IMG/VR virus record: IMGVR_UViG_3300045996_000711
Span: 1 to 47,892 of that record
From: a virus
Reading direction: 5' to 3' (one strand)
Length of the DNA: 47,892 bases
Shown: in pieces, positions 7,187 through 16,287 of the stretch
Position numbering within the stretch: the stretch's first letter is position 1
Layout of the letters: each line of letters opens with the position of its first letter
Position numbers and translations under genes: made by a program
Notes under the pieces: model-generated
Database searches by the model: none
The model's input: only the letters and a program-made list of their open reading frames with translations
Told to the model about the DNA's origin: nothing

Positions 7187-7438
7187 ATGAAGATGGATAA
7201 CTGGTATCAATCATCCGATGCGCGAGCAGTACATCGGGAGCTGCGCAGGATGAAGGGGCGTTCCGGATTGGTGTATGTCCGTTACGACGAACGAGGCAAG
7301 CGCATCGTATCGTTCTGCGAGGACCCGATTACTACGCTGAGACTTTTGCGTGAACTACACCACCGATTCCCGGCCCGCTACGGAGAAATCCGCCAGCGCG
7401 TCGTCTCCCAGGTCAATCTGCCTGATTTGAGGAAGTGA
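7187..7438 (+). CDS. Hypothetical protein (83 aa), first rightward gene
   Basis: ATG at 7187 preceded by GGGAGA. The GTG at 7154 given in the ORF track is less likely. Confidence 0.5.
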   Translation: MKMDNWYQSSDARAVHRELRRMKGRSGLVYVRYDERGKRIVSFCEDPITTLRLLRELHHRFPARYGEIRQRVVSQVNLPDLRK

Positions 7439-7617
7439 TGATGAACAATGATTTGAGTGAACGCCAAAAAGAGATTCTGGCCGCGTATGAGCTGTTTGAA
7501 GACGATGACATCAGCACCGAGCGATTGCTTCAAATGGTGGCCGATTATTGCGAGTGCGAAGATGTCGGCGAAGTCGTGGACGCTTTATGGGCTGACAGGA
7601 ACGAAGACGATGAATGA
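7435..7617 (+). CDS. Hypothetical acidic small protein (60 aa)
   Basis: ATGA overlap with the upstream stop. Asp/Glu rich. Confidence 0.5.
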   Translation: MMMNNDLSERQKEILAAYELFEDDDISTERLLQMVADYCECEDVGEVVDALWADRNEDDE

Positions 7618-7744
7618 GTCCAACCTAACCCTGCGTCAGTGGCTCCGGGTTAACTCGGAGAGTATTGCCGCCTTCATCATCGGCGCCGTGGTTATGGGCC
7701 TGTTCTATGGGCTGATCTTCATTACTTGGACGGCTGGAGGCTGA
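7610..7744 (+). CDS. Small membrane protein (44 aa)
   Basis: MNESNLTLRQWLRVNSESIAAFIIGAVVMGLFYGLIFITWTAGG, with one TM segment. Overlap-coupled. Confidence 0.45.
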   Translation: MNESNLTLRQWLRVNSESIAAFIIGAVVMGLFYGLIFITWTAGG

Positions 7745-8031
7745 TGAAAATGAAATGCATGGATCATCTATCTTTTGCCGAGTCGAAATGTCCCGATTGC
7801 GGACTAGATGTTGACGCCTACGGGAACACTGAGGATCAGTTCGATAACTGCTGCTTCCCCGACTGCGGATGTGATGGCGAACGTCTCTGCATGGCTCCAT
7901 CGGGAGCTAGTTCTCGGGCACAACACCAGAACGTAGAGGGAATGTGGAGCGGGAAATCGATAAAGCAGCGCAAAGCCGTGTTCGCCTTGATGGACAGCGT
8001 GAATAAAGAAAATAATGGGGCCGGCAAATGA
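7744..8031 (+). CDS. Hypothetical Cys-rich protein (95 aa)
   Basis: ATG at 7744 overlaps the preceding TGA. Motifs CPDCG...CCFPDCGCDGERLC. Confidence 0.5.
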   Translation: MKMKCMDHLSFAESKCPDCGLDVDAYGNTEDQFDNCCFPDCGCDGERLCMAPSGASSRAQHQNVEGMWSGKSIKQRKAVFALMDSVNKENNGAGK

Positions 8032-8204
8032 TCGCCTGGGAGCGCCGCACCGTCGTGGCTGAGACGCCGGCTGATCTGAAGGCGCGGGAGGATCGTATGG
8101 ATGAAGAGCTGCGCCTAGCCGCCTTCCGATATTCGGCAACCGTAATGGCCGGCAGCCGCCCTAGTTTCCGTCTAATAGAAAAACCACAGCAGGAACAGCA
8201 ATGA
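8028..8204 (+). CDS. Hypothetical small protein (58 aa, below the ORF-track cutoff)
   Basis: Hand translation: MIAWERRTVVAETPADLKAREDRMDEELRLAAFRYSATVMAGSRPSFRLIEKPQQEQQ. ATGA overlaps at both ends. Confidence 0.45.
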   Translation: MIAWERRTVVAETPADLKAREDRMDEELRLAAFRYSATVMAGSRPSFRLIEKPQQEQQ

Positions 8205-9178
8205 ATACCGAAGTAGCCACCATCCCACCGTACGAAGACGGGATAATCAGCGCAAAGGATGACTTCCAAAAGCTAGCTCCGGCTGATTTGAAATACGGCG
8301 ATGAGGAAATCTTCGCCATGCAAATGTTGACCAAGACCAACTTTGCGTTGGAGACGGCCAACAAGAATCCTCGCAGCGTCCAGTTCGCCATGATTAACGT
8401 GGCATCAACAGGGCTGACGCTGAACCCGGCACATGGCTATGCCTACCTTGTGCCTCGCGATGGCGCTATCGTGCTGGATATCAGCTACAAAGGTCTTATC
8501 AAGATCGCAACCGATGCCGGCGCTATCCGCTGGGTTCGGGCTGAGTGTGTGCATGAGTTGGACGACTTCGCCTATTCTGGCCCGGCGCGTGAGCCTGAGA
8601 TACGCACCAACCCGTTCAAGGAGCGCGGACCCATCGTCGGCGTGTATTGCATCGCCAAGACCGTAGATGGCGACGTGCTGACCGAAGTCATGGACTTGGA
8701 CGCGATCTACAAGATTCGAGATGCGTCTACCGCCTTCACCAAGGGTAGTGTTGGCAAGAAAGGTCCCTGGGAGTCCTACTTCGCCGAAATGTGCCGGAAG
8801 GCCGTCATCAAGCGTGCCCGGAAAACTTGGCCGTACTCCGCGCAAAGTGAGCGATTGAACAAGGCTATCGAAATCGCGAATGATGCCGAAGGCGGATATA
8901 CCTTTGAGCATGTCGAACTGACCGAGGAAGAGAAGCTAGCCAAGCGGAAGTCAGAGCATGACCAAGCCGTAGGGCGCTACTCAGAATCAGTCGCCTTCAT
9001 CAAGGACCGAATCGCCGCAAAGGACTTTACGGCTGTTGCCGAGGAGTGGCGTGCCATTCCGAAGGATGACCAGATGGCCTTATGGTTAGCCCCGACCAAG
9101 GGCGGCTGCTTCACCACCGCCGAGCGCGACTCTCTCCGCAAGAACCTTCCCAGCACCAATAAGGACGCAAACCAGTGA
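8201..9178 (+). CDS. recT: RecT-family single-strand annealing recombinase
   Basis: 325 aa. The SVQFAMINVASTGLTLNPAHGYAYLVPRDGAIVLDISYKGLIKIA core is typical of RecT. Confidence 0.85.
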   Translation: MNTEVATIPPYEDGIISAKDDFQKLAPADLKYGDEEIFAMQMLTKTNFALETANKNPRSVQFAMINVASTGLTLNPAHGYAYLVPRDGAIVLDISYKGLIKIATDAGAIRWVRAECVHELDDFAYSGPAREPEIRTNPFKERGPIVGVYCIAKTVDGDVLTEVMDLDAIYKIRDASTAFTKGSVGKKGPWESYFAEMCRKAVIKRARKTWPYSAQSERLNKAIEIANDAEGGYTFEHVELTEEEKLAKRKSEHDQAVGRYSESVAFIKDRIAAKDFTAVAEEWRAIPKDDQMALWLAPTKGGCFTTAERDSLRKNLPSTNKDANQ

Positions 9179-10263
9179 GTCAGATCGTTACTGAATCCCC
9201 GATTGCCGAGTACCGCCCGACTGAAGCCGTGCTGGCAGATCTTCGCCAGAAGTACGAGTCTGTCGTCTACGACGTCACTGACAACAAGACCATGGCCATG
9301 GCCAAGGCTGCCCGCAAAGAGTTGCGCGACGTTCGCGTGGCGTTAGAGGCCGAGCGCGTGCGTATCAAAGCACCGTCCCTACAAAGGTCTCGCGATATCG
9401 ACAGCGAGGCCAAGCGCATCACGGCCGAGTTGGAAGCCTTGGAGGAGCCTATTGATGCACAGATCAAGGCCGAGGAAGGGCGGAAGCAGCGCGAGAAGGA
9501 AGCGGCGGAACAGGCTGAGCGCGACCGAGTGGCGGCGATCAATGCTCGATTTGACGCGCTCAGGGCGCAGGCCAACGTCCCGCATGATTTCACTAGCGAA
9601 CAGATCAATGATCGCTTGGCAAACTTGATGGGATCGGACGGAATCCCCGCCGACCTGATGTCGGCATGGACCCATGAGGAGCGCTTGGTGGTGGCCAGCC
9701 TACGCGCTAGTCTTGACAAGCAATTAATCTACGAAGCCGAACAGGTGGAACTAGCCGCGCTCAGGGAACAGAAGGCAGCAATGCAAGCCAGCGAGGAAGC
9801 GTTCCGAAAGGCTGAGGAAGAAGCCAAAGCCCAAGCTGCCGCCGAACAGGCAGAAAGGGACCGCTTTGCGCGCGAGGACGCGATACGCGCCGAGGCTGAG
9901 GCAAAGGCGGCTCGTGATGCAGCCGAGGCCGTGCGCGCTGCTGAGCGCGCTGCGGAAGAGGCGCGGGAGCGGGAACGTCTGGCCACCGAACGGGCCGAGC
10001 AAGAAAAGGCAGAGGCCGTCCGTCAGGCCGAACTTAAAGCCCAACGCGAAGCGGAGGAGCGCGAGCGCGCCCGACTGGCCGAAGAGGCCCGGGTAAAAGC
10101 CGAGGAAGAGCGCAAGGCCGCAAACAAGGCCCATCAGCAGCGCATAAACAAGGCGGCGGTGGCAGCCCTGACTCAGCATGCCGGACTCGATGAGGAAACG
10201 GCGAAGAAGGTCGTAATCGCCATCGCGACCAAGCAAATTCCCTCCGTCAGCATCAACTACTAG
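9175..10263 (+). CDS. Ala/Glu/Arg-rich coiled-coil protein (DUF1351-like recombinase-associated protein?)
   Basis: 362 aa, overlap-coupled to recT. The N-terminus resembles DUF1351 (KTMAMAKAARKELRDVRVALEAERVRIKAP). Long EAAR-type heptad region. Confidence 0.35.
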   Translation: MSQIVTESPIAEYRPTEAVLADLRQKYESVVYDVTDNKTMAMAKAARKELRDVRVALEAERVRIKAPSLQRSRDIDSEAKRITAELEALEEPIDAQIKAEEGRKQREKEAAEQAERDRVAAINARFDALRAQANVPHDFTSEQINDRLANLMGSDGIPADLMSAWTHEERLVVASLRASLDKQLIYEAEQVELAALREQKAAMQASEEAFRKAEEEAKAQAAAEQAERDRFAREDAIRAEAEAKAARDAAEAVRAAERAAEEARERERLATERAEQEKAEAVRQAELKAQREAEERERARLAEEARVKAEEERKAANKAHQQRINKAAVAALTQHAGLDEETAKKVVIAIATKQIPSVSINY

Positions 10264-10265
10264 CC

Positions 10266-10475
10266 ATGAAACCACCCCAAGGCTTCACCAAAGACCTAAG
10301 CCCCGAGGCGCAGAGCCGGCGGGCGCGGGAGAACAAAGGTCTGACTCCCTGGCGATGCGGCCCAATCTGCGCCAGCCGGAAGGCTCACGCCAAGTTCCAG
10401 GCCGATCACGTCCAAGTTGATCGCCGCGTGTCCGGTCTTGCGGTGTTTCGGCGTTCTAATGGGAAAGGAGAGTGA
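10266..10475 (+). CDS. Doubtful ORF (69 aa)
   Basis: Fills the gap in the co-directional operon, but its composition is Arg/Pro-rich and unconvincing. Confidence 0.2.
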   Translation: MKPPQGFTKDLSPEAQSRRARENKGLTPWRCGPICASRKAHAKFQADHVQVDRRVSGLAVFRRSNGKGE

Positions 10476-10476
10476 C

Positions 10477-10596
10477 ATGAACGTTGGCGATCTGAAGAAA
10501 TTGCTTGAACAGTATCCTGAGGATATGGAAATCCTGTATGCACTCTACAGTGATTACGAAAAGCTAGAAGCGCCGGACAGCATGCTGATTTCTTAG
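10477..10596 (+). CDS. Hypothetical small protein (39 aa)
   Basis: Strong RBS GGGAAAGGAGAG. MNVGDLKKLLEQYPEDMEILYALYSDYEKLEAPDSMLIS. Confidence 0.45.
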   Translation: MNVGDLKKLLEQYPEDMEILYALYSDYEKLEAPDSMLIS

Positions 10597-10660
10597 AGCG
10601 CCGATATGACCACGCCAGCGACGATCAAGGCTGGGACGAACACAAGAATTGGAGCGGATC

Positions 10661-11287
10661 ATGACCAAAGAACTAGAACTTGTAGCTGATCGTTTGGATA
10701 ATTTGTCTGGCCGGCTATGTACGCAAGTTGCAAGCAGTAAAGTAGACCTTACTTGGTCGATAGCCCTTAACTACGCTAACGAGATAGAACAAATCAACCA
10801 TGCCTTAGGCACTGCCTTAGCCAATCTCGCCAATGCTCGGGCAGGCGCGGTGCCTGATAGCCGTCCTATTCATTCCAGCAAAGTCATGGATGACGAGCCG
10901 AAATTCGATCTTGTAAATAGAATGATCCCAATGGAGGTGTATTTCTTCCGAGTCGGATGGAATGCCTGTCGTGCCGCCCTAACCGCCCAGCAGAAGGCGC
11001 CCGAGGGTAATGGCATTGTTCTGTGTCGTGAGTGCGGAAAGCCGACCATGCACATGGGGACGCTGTGTTTTCACTGTTCAAAGCCCGACAGCGCCGCTCA
11101 CGATGGTGTGGATGTGGAGCAGATGGCGCGGGAACTTCTTGGTAAGCATCCACTTCCGGATAAGGTTTCATCAGCCAATGGATACGATGCCGCTTGGGCT
11201 GCTGGATTCAATGATGCCATCGACCTATGCGAAGAAGATGCCATCCGCGCCATCATCGCCGCCCTACGCCAGCCCGCCACCCGCTGA
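10661..11287 (+). CDS. Hypothetical protein (208 aa) with a CxxC...CxxC knuckle
   Basis: ATG at 10661 after GGAGCGG. Motifs CRECGKPTMHMGTLCFHC and GWNACRAAL, the latter shared with 12367..13380. Confidence 0.5.
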   Translation: MTKELELVADRLDNLSGRLCTQVASSKVDLTWSIALNYANEIEQINHALGTALANLANARAGAVPDSRPIHSSKVMDDEPKFDLVNRMIPMEVYFFRVGWNACRAALTAQQKAPEGNGIVLCRECGKPTMHMGTLCFHCSKPDSAAHDGVDVEQMARELLGKHPLPDKVSSANGYDAAWAAGFNDAIDLCEEDAIRAIIAALRQPATR

Positions 11288-11362
11288 CGATTTCGCAGAT
11301 GACGATATCCCATTTTAGGTCAACGGACCGAGCCAGGCACAGCCCCACCACTAGGAACTGAC

Positions 11363-11800
11363 ATGACCAACGAAACCGAAGCGGTGCGGGCTGAGCCGGT
11401 GGTATGGATAAGCGACGCTGACTTGTGCCGCGCACGGACGGATGACAGGGGCATTCTTGCTCCAGTGCGGACTGTGCGCAGAGGCAGGACGGTTCCTCTT
11501 TACCCCGCCTCAGAGATAGATCGCCTGACGGGCGAGGTTGAGAGACTGCGTGAGTACATAAAAACCGGGGAAGCTCGGTGGAACAAAGCTATCAGCGCGG
11601 CTTTGCGGACAGAGTTAGCGGAGCGGCGGGTGGCTGAGTTGGTCGAGTCTGCGCGTGCGTTCTTGGCCGCATCTGACGCATACGACAGCGCGGAAACGAG
11701 CAGCTCTTACCCGGATCATCAGAGCTTGCTGAGTCAGTACAAGTGGTCCCGGCAAGAATTCGAGGATTCTCTCACCCAACCGGAGGCGGATCATGGGTAA
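11363..11800 (+). CDS. Hypothetical coiled-coil protein (145 aa)
   Basis: ORF in the operon. Confidence 0.5.
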   Translation: MTNETEAVRAEPVVWISDADLCRARTDDRGILAPVRTVRRGRTVPLYPASEIDRLTGEVERLREYIKTGEARWNKAISAALRTELAERRVAELVESARAFLAASDAYDSAETSSSYPDHQSLLSQYKWSRQEFEDSLTQPEADHG

Positions 11801-12062
11801 TGTAGACGTGATTTCTGTGTTGGATGATGCGATTAGTGACGCCATAGAAGATGGAAATCCAATTGACGATGCTTTAAAGAAAGCTCGCGCGGCAATAAAC
11901 GAGCTTTTTGATGCAGTTCGCGACTACAAAGCCAAACGATCTAGCTACTTATCGACAAAGATCACGGATTGCGAACTTCGCTCATCGGATGCATGGGAAG
12001 CATACATGCAAGCCTCATCTCGACTTGATGAGGCTTTCGCTAAAGTCGGAGCCACCCCATGA
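11793..12062 (+). CDS. Hypothetical protein (89 aa)
   Basis: ORF, overlap-coupled. Confidence 0.5.
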   Translation: MGNVDVISVLDDAISDAIEDGNPIDDALKKARAAINELFDAVRDYKAKRSSYLSTKITDCELRSSDAWEAYMQASSRLDEAFAKVGATP

Positions 12063-12370
12063 CCAACTTCACCATCCCGGAAGAGGCTTTGGACGTTGCC
12101 TTGCGCGCCAGTTTCGCGAAAGCATGCGAGGTCGAAGGCAAGCAATTCGATGAAGACGAGTACCAAGGCCACAAGTCGGAGTCCGATAAGAAGTCTCGAC
12201 AACATGCACGCGAACTGATCCGCGCCGCCATCGCCGCAGCGCTGCCGGTGATGTTCGAGCGAGTTGGTCACTTCACGGCATCGGCAAGAATCTATTGCGA
12301 ACAGCCCGCTGACATCCATGACGTTATGAATCCTGGCGTAGCTGTCTACCGAATCAAGGAACCGAAATGA
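12059..12370 (+). CDS. Hypothetical protein (103 aa)
   Basis: ORF, ATGA-coupled. Confidence 0.5.
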   Translation: MTNFTIPEEALDVALRASFAKACEVEGKQFDEDEYQGHKSESDKKSRQHARELIRAAIAAALPVMFERVGHFTASARIYCEQPADIHDVMNPGVAVYRIKEPK

Positions 12371-13380
12371 AAGAGCTAGATAAGCTGGTGGAGTTGCCGG
12401 AAGGCGTGTGGCCTGACAGCCTGATGATTCGTGACACACAGATTCACGATGACATGGGCGGTCTTGGGCAGAGAATCTATACCACGGCTGGCGCAGGCTA
12501 TCCCAAGGTGAAGTATGTCCGGGCTGACCTCGTTCCCGAAGCGGGCAAACAATCCGCCGCCGGGGAGAGGGTGGATTTGGAGCAGTTTCGGCCGGCTGTT
12601 GAGTGCTGGGTCATGCTTCGCCGGAACGCTTTAGCAGAGAAGATTGCGTTCCGTCTGGATGTGCCTGCGGCACAAAATGATTTGGAAAACGCCAAGCGCC
12701 TACTCGCCCTGATCGACAACCAGAAGTCCGGCGAGGGTGAAGGCGACTTGACGGAAGCCGAGCAACAGGGGCCGGAGGAAATGTCTCCAGATTTCACCGA
12801 CTCCGCACGCGGAGCGATTGCATGGGTTCTGTGGCACCACCAAGGCGGCAGCAGCGCTATCGGACAGCCTCTGCGGTTCGCGCTCGGTATGGGCGCACAT
12901 GAACCGTTACCTGAGTGGCGCATCGCCGAAGGCAAACGTTGGGCGAAACGAGCTGGCGCCACAACAGCAGATTTCCATGCACCAAACCCCGGCAGCGCCG
13001 CTCACGATGTGGTCCCTGATCCGCGTCCGTCATTGCAATATGACGATGAGGGGAATGGTGAGTACAACTACAACGAAGGTTGGAACGACTGCCGAGCAGC
13101 AATGATCGCCGCTATAGCTACCGAGTCACCCCCTATTGCCGACGCCAGCAAGCCGGGGCGGGTGGATGTTGAGGCAGGCACGATTGATTCGACTTCAAGT
13201 GATTGGCGTAGGTCACCTAAAGGCGTTATTGACCATCTGGATGGTCTGATAGCGCAAAGCAAACCTACGCGCGGCGACTACTTGTCACCTACTGTGCTTG
13301 CCTGGACTTCTTCAATCGAAGTCGCTCGCGACATGATCGCCGCCCTATCCTCGCCCCGGGCCGATGTGGGGGATGGCTGA
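12367..13380 (+). CDS. Hypothetical protein (337 aa)
   Basis: ORF. Shares the SAAHD and GWN.CRAA motifs with 10661..11287. Confidence 0.5.
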   Translation: MKELDKLVELPEGVWPDSLMIRDTQIHDDMGGLGQRIYTTAGAGYPKVKYVRADLVPEAGKQSAAGERVDLEQFRPAVECWVMLRRNALAEKIAFRLDVPAAQNDLENAKRLLALIDNQKSGEGEGDLTEAEQQGPEEMSPDFTDSARGAIAWVLWHHQGGSSAIGQPLRFALGMGAHEPLPEWRIAEGKRWAKRAGATTADFHAPNPGSAAHDVVPDPRPSLQYDDEGNGEYNYNEGWNDCRAAMIAAIATESPPIADASKPGRVDVEAGTIDSTSSDWRRSPKGVIDHLDGLIAQSKPTRGDYLSPTVLAWTSSIEVARDMIAALSSPRADVGDG

Positions 13381-13673
13381 TGTCTGTCTTCACACGAACA
13401 GTCAAGCCAGACCTAACAGTGCGCGTGCGTGGAGCCGATTTTGAGCCTCGCGACCAGCATTCGGCTGATTTGATGAAACGCTGGATTGGGCAACGCGTAG
13501 AAGTTGGCGAGTACAACTATTGGGGCACCGAAATGGTTGCATCAACTAGGCTCCCTGCCTTCGACGTTATGCACCAAGCGACCCTGACCATGGTTAATGA
13601 TCGCGAGACGCTGCTGGAGGGATACGACGATGACGCCACCGCGCCCGACGAGAGCGGGAAGGAGGGGGAGTGA
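13380..13673 (+). CDS. Hypothetical protein (97 aa)
   Basis: ORF, overlap-coupled. Confidence 0.5.
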   Translation: MSVFTRTVKPDLTVRVRGADFEPRDQHSADLMKRWIGQRVEVGEYNYWGTEMVASTRLPAFDVMHQATLTMVNDRETLLEGYDDDATAPDESGKEGE

Positions 13674-13981
13674 TGGACGTTCAACTTAAACACCACTACG
13701 GCTGGGAAACTCACAAGACGGATTCCGACAACTTGGACGATGCTGCCAAGCAAGCAGTTCGAGATACGCATCACTTCCTAACCGACACGAACCATACGAT
13801 GGACGCAAGCGAGCGCGTCGTATCCCGGGGCGGCAACTCATCGAGATATCACTCCGTTTTAGTTTATCGAGGCGAAGGCGCCCCGGCGTATAGCGGCCCG
13901 CGCAGCTTGGAAACCGATTACTGGTTCGCGGTTGAGTATCGAGCGGAAACCACTCCCAGCGCGGAGTCCGGCAATGGATAA
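13670..13981 (+). CDS. Hypothetical protein (103 aa)
   Basis: ORF, overlap-coupled. Confidence 0.5.
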   Translation: MMDVQLKHHYGWETHKTDSDNLDDAAKQAVRDTHHFLTDTNHTMDASERVVSRGGNSSRYHSVLVYRGEGAPAYSGPRSLETDYWFAVEYRAETTPSAESGNG

Positions 13982-14366
13982 GCTACTGCCCTGTCCCTTC
14001 TGCGGGAACGAGCCTCGCATGTTTGTCGGATATAAATCCGATTACGATGTGAAGATACTATGCGACTGGTGCGGCACTGAGGGGGCAACATTCGGTAGCG
14101 ATGATTTCAAGGGCGATGAACGGCAGTCGTGGATAGACAGTGCCATCGCCGCCTGGAACAGCCGCACCCCAGCCGCGACGGTGGTGGGGTGGAGGCCGAT
14201 TGAGACAGCTCCGAAAGACGGTAGCGTAGTTCTGTTAGTCACTGACTATGGGGTCGTCGCTAGCGCGTGGGATGAATCGACTGGCTATTTCGGCAACGAT
14301 TACGTCGAGTACGACTGCGCCACTCTCTGGGCACCGATGCCCGCACCGCCAGCAGGGGAGGGGTGA
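13974..14366 (+). CDS. Lar-like restriction-alleviation domain fused to a DUF551-like domain
   Basis: 130 aa from ATG 13974. LLPCPFCGNEP...CDWCG...AIAAWNSR fits the Lar family pattern; GWRPIETAPKDGSVVLLV fits the DUF551 pattern. Confidence 0.55.
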   Translation: MDKLLPCPFCGNEPRMFVGYKSDYDVKILCDWCGTEGATFGSDDFKGDERQSWIDSAIAAWNSRTPAATVVGWRPIETAPKDGSVVLLVTDYGVVASAWDESTGYFGNDYVEYDCATLWAPMPAPPAGEG

Positions 14367-14418
14367 AAAATTCAAGAGTAAGTGCGACACCAATCAACCA
14401 ACCAACAGGGGAAACACA

Positions 14419-15552
14419 ATGCATAAATTTATACTCACGGCTGCATTAGCTATCGCAGTCTCGCCCGCCTTCGCCCTCGCACCGAGCGGAGGCGAACCCA
14501 ACAACACCGGATGTAACGGCGTGGGTAATTCAAACTCGCCATGTCAGCCGTCTAATACCAACGAGAACGCGAATGAGCAAACGCAGACCAACTGGCAGGG
14601 CCAAGGTCAGTCGCAAGGCCAAGCTCAGGGACAAGGCCAGATCGCGACAGGCGGCGCAAGCGAAAGCAATGCAACAGGTATTGGAATCGGCCATGGCGGT
14701 GCCGGCGGTAATGGCGGAAGTGCGTCGGCTAAGGGGGGAGAGGGTGGCAGCGTTGGAGATGTTGGATCTTCATCGGCAGCGCTTTCCGGCTCTCTATCGG
14801 GCGTGGCGGACAGCGGTAACTCCGCAAGCCAATCCGCAGCAACTGGTGGCTCGGTAGGCGATACATCGTCTTTCGCATCCAACGGCGACCAGAGCACCGC
14901 GGTCGATGCGTCCAGTGGCTCCGCGTCCGGTGCTTCGGCGGATGGTAGCGGCAACAGCACGACACGCGTCGATGCGTCCAACAACAGTCGCTACAACAGC
15001 CAGTCGTTGTTCCAGGCGTCCATCCAGGGCGCGGCACCTACCTTCGCACCAGGCGCGTTGGCGACCGTCGTACACGGCCAATGCGGCCCGCTGATGGCCA
15101 TCGAGAGTGAGAGAGTGGATGGTACCTACCTCGGGCTGTTCCGCAAGCACAGCATCCCGCTGGGCCGCACTGATCGCATCGTGCCCTACCAAGGGGGTGA
15201 GTACGTCAGCCGCAACTATCCGGATGGCAGCGTTCGTCTGTTCGGTCACCGTGCCGTGCGCACTACCGCAGTCGTCACCATCTCGGGCAGCCGGCAGGTC
15301 GGAGCTGGCGGTGGTCAAACGGGTGGCGGCTATGGACAACTCGGCGTCGGCGGTGGATCGTCCATGCAGCGCGTGGTGACGCAGATCGACCTTGAGCCGT
15401 GTGAGGCGTTTCACAGCGTTCCTTCACCGGCTCCGGTAGTAGTGACTGCTTCGGAACCCGCTCCAGTGCGTCGAGCCATCAAACGCCGTGCTGCCATGTC
15501 GATGTGCGTGCCTAAACCGGCGATGCCGGCGACGACATGTCCCGTTAAGTAG
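14419..15552 (+). CDS. Secreted Gly/Ser/Asn/Gln-rich low-complexity protein
   Basis: 377 aa from ATG 14419 (RBS AGGGGAA). Signal peptide MHKFILTAALAIAVSPAFA. Low-complexity runs QGQGQSQGQAQGQGQ and GGAGGNGGSASAKGGEGGS. Last gene of the rightward operon. Confidence 0.6.
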   Translation: MHKFILTAALAIAVSPAFALAPSGGEPNNTGCNGVGNSNSPCQPSNTNENANEQTQTNWQGQGQSQGQAQGQGQIATGGASESNATGIGIGHGGAGGNGGSASAKGGEGGSVGDVGSSSAALSGSLSGVADSGNSASQSAATGGSVGDTSSFASNGDQSTAVDASSGSASGASADGSGNSTTRVDASNNSRYNSQSLFQASIQGAAPTFAPGALATVVHGQCGPLMAIESERVDGTYLGLFRKHSIPLGRTDRIVPYQGGEYVSRNYPDGSVRLFGHRAVRTTAVVTISGSRQVGAGGGQTGGGYGQLGVGGGSSMQRVVTQIDLEPCEAFHSVPSPAPVVVTASEPAPVRRAIKRRAAMSMCVPKPAMPATTCPVK

Positions 15553-15572
15553 GCTATCGACTGATACAAAGA

Positions 15573-15590
15573 ACCCCGCTTCGGCGGGGT
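15573..15590. terminator. Bidirectional intrinsic terminator between the convergent operons
   Basis: ACCCCGC-TTCG-GCGGGGT hairpin. The minus-strand reading is followed by UCUUUGUAUC. Confidence 0.7.
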
Positions 15591-15594
15591 CTTC

Positions 15595-16287
15595 CTATGA
15601 ATTTGGGAATGGTCCTGATGGCGTGTAGTTTGAAGAATAACGTCCCACGCCTTTTGTAATACGAAGCTCATCAATATGCCCTACCCATACAACTGTGTTG
15701 TTGTTTGCAGCTCCTACAAATGCTCTGCCTGTATTGTTATGGTTGTTCGCCATTGCTCCACTTATTTCTAATAATCCGTCTCTAAAAATGTACATAACGC
15801 CAGAAACTCTTGAAAATGCGAAAGAATGCCAAGTCCCATCGCATACGGTAGTTAGTCCATTTATGGTAACTGAACTTCCTGAATTGCAGAAAGCCTGAAG
15901 AAATCCACTTGCATTTGTACCAAAGAAAAAACCCGGTGTACCTACTGCTCTTAGGTCTAGCAACGCGCGTCCAAGCGTTGATGAAAGACACCATCCTTCT
16001 ACGGTGAAATCTCCAGTCCCCATAGTAAATCCAACGTCAACAGAATTACTACTCACATAGTTCCCAGTCCCATTAAATAATCCTGACGCGCCGCCAAACA
16101 TGGATTGAGCTGTGTCGATTTGGGCAGTACCATTAGCTGTGAATAACTTTGGCGAGCCGCTTGAATCAATAAACGATGTGCTCCCGTCCGCGCCGTCCAT
16201 ATGGAGAAGCGCTGAGACGCTTGAGAAATTAGGGTCCGTTCCAGAAGACGAACCATAACTCAATAGGACTTGCTGATTCGCACTCAT
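15595..16287 (-). CDS. LamG/concanavalin-A-like lectin domain protein (distal tail fibre or receptor-binding accessory)
   Basis: 230 aa from ATG 16287 (ATGA overlap). GDFTVEGWC....DGTWHSFAFSRVSGVMYIFRDG is typical of Laminin_G_3-like domains. Confidence 0.55.
   Translation of the reverse strand: MSANQQVLLSYGSSSGTDPNFSSVSALLHMDGADGSTSFIDSSGSPKLFTANGTAQIDTAQSMFGGASGLFNGTGNYVSSNSVDVGFTMGTGDFTVEGWCLSSTLGRALLDLRAVGTPGFFFGTNASGFLQAFCNSGSSVTINGLTTVCDGTWHSFAFSRVSGVMYIFRDGLLEISGAMANNHNNTGRAFVGAANNNTVVWVGHIDELRITKGVGRYSSNYTPSGPFPNS

Noticed and set aside
14248-14418. Upstream extension of the secreted-protein ORF (434 aa in the ORF track).
   Set aside because: The extension overlaps the Lar/DUF551 gene in another frame and lacks an RBS. 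ATG 14419 has an AGGGGAA RBS and begins a canonical signal peptide.
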